Made by a program: the position numbers and the translations under genes. The notes under the pieces are model-generated. The model saw only the letters and a list, made by a program, of their open reading frames with translations. It was not told where the DNA came from and ran no database searches. From assembly GCF_001447785.1 (NCBI RefSeq), contig NW_015168065.1, forward strand, positions 528,518 through 592,517: a DNA stretch of 64,000 bases, in the 5' to 3' direction. Origin of the DNA: Gekko japonicus (Eukaryota). Of the stretch, positions 62,975 to 64,000 are shown piece after piece; position 1 is the first letter of the stretch, and the number at the start of each line of letters is the position of its first letter.

Positions 62975-63785
62975 AGAATCATAGAATCACAGAGCTGGAA
63001 GGGGCCATACAGGCCATCAAGTCCAACCCCCTGCTCAATGAAAGGTCAGCCTAGAGCATCCCTGACAAGTGTTTGTCCAGCCGCTGCTTAAAGACTGCCA
63101 GTGAGGGGGAGCTCACCACCTCCCTAGGCAGCTGATTCCACTGTTCCACAACTCTTACTGCAAACAGATGTTTCCTAATATCCAGCCAATACCTCCCTGC
63201 CCTTAATTTAAACCCATACTTGCGAGTCCTCTCCTCTGCTGCCAACAGGAACAGCTCCCTGCTCTCCTCTAAGTGTTGTTGTTCAGTCGCACAGTCGAGT
63301 CCGACTCTTCGGGACCCCATGGACCAGCTCCCGCCAGGCCCTCCTGTCTTCTGCTGTCCTCTGAAGTTGGCTCAATTTCATGTTCGTTGCATCGCTGACA
63401 CTGTCCAACCATCTCATCCTTTGCCGTCCCCGTCTTCTTTGACCTTCAATCTTTCCCAGCATCAGGGTCTTCTTCAGTGAGTGCTCCCTTCTCATTTGGT
63501 GGCCAAAGTATTTGAGCTTCAGTTTCATTATCTCTAGGTGAGAGCCCTTCAAATACTTAAAGAGAGCAATCATGCCCCCCACCTCCTCTTCTCCAGACTG
63601 AACATTCCCAAGTTCCTCATCAGCTTTTTCTCATAGGGCTTGGACTCCAGCCTCCTCCTCCCCCCCCCCCTCGTCGCTCTCCTCTGGACCAGCTCCATTC
63701 TGTCCACATCCTTTTTGAAGCAAGGCCTCCAGAACTGCACACAATACTCCAGGGCGGCCTGACCAATGCAGTGTACAGGTGGACT
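62975..63785 (-). mobile_element. CR1 LINE 3' fragment interrupted by BovB
   Basis: LEYCVQFWRPCFKKDVDRMELVQRRATR and WNQLPREVVSSPSLAVFKQRLDKHL; (ATTCTATG)n tail. Confidence 0.9.
63276..63532 (-). mobile_element. BovB (RTE) 3' fragment inserted in CR1
   Basis: KLKLKYFGHQMRREHSLKKTLMLGKIEG…SRTRL; (CAA)n tail; TSD-like CTCTA(A/G)GTG flanks. Confidence 0.92.
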
Positions 63786-64000
63786 TGCAACATGAACAAA
63801 AAAAGCATTCATTAATTAAACAAAGAGATCTCATTCATGTCATCTGAAGGACAGGTTCTGAGTCTCTGACGTCATTGGCTCTTCAAGGGCTATACTGAAT
63901 AAACTGCAATGAAGTCCAGTGAATTCAGTGCACACCACCTTTGGGTGAAAACATAATAATCAAGGATCCATAATATAATATAGTGTCAGCATAAAAGAAA

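Overview
Vertebrate genomic DNA from a squamate reptile, most likely a gecko (inferred from Sauria SINEs, Squam3-type SINEs with TTC/TCC tails, BovB, CR1, L2 and abundant hAT MITEs). The window lies inside a large minus-strand gene, follistatin-like 5 (FSTL5). Only one coding exon is present: 197 bp at 23032-23228, AG/GT-bounded, encoding the post-Kazal linker and first EF-hand. The rest is intronic and densely filled with decayed, often nested transposable elements: L2, CR1 (including an ORF1 esterase), L1, RTE-X-like, BovB, Penelope, DIRS, Gypsy, tRNA- and 5S-derived SINEs, and several hAT-type MITE families with 8-bp TSDs. There are two assembly gaps and a B-A'-B' duplication (48056-50345) that is very probably a haplotype misassembly. 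Almost all ORFs in the track are spurious or TE-derived, and I found no new protein-coding system. The best leads are: (i) two long composite SINE-like elements that share the Sauria-SINE central domain but end in L2-type tails; (ii) a Penelope-associated minimal hammerhead ribozyme motif; (iii) a hAT-type element built from nested palindromes; (iv) a hAT MITE family carrying octamer/TAATGARAT motifs and variable GC-rich cargo.
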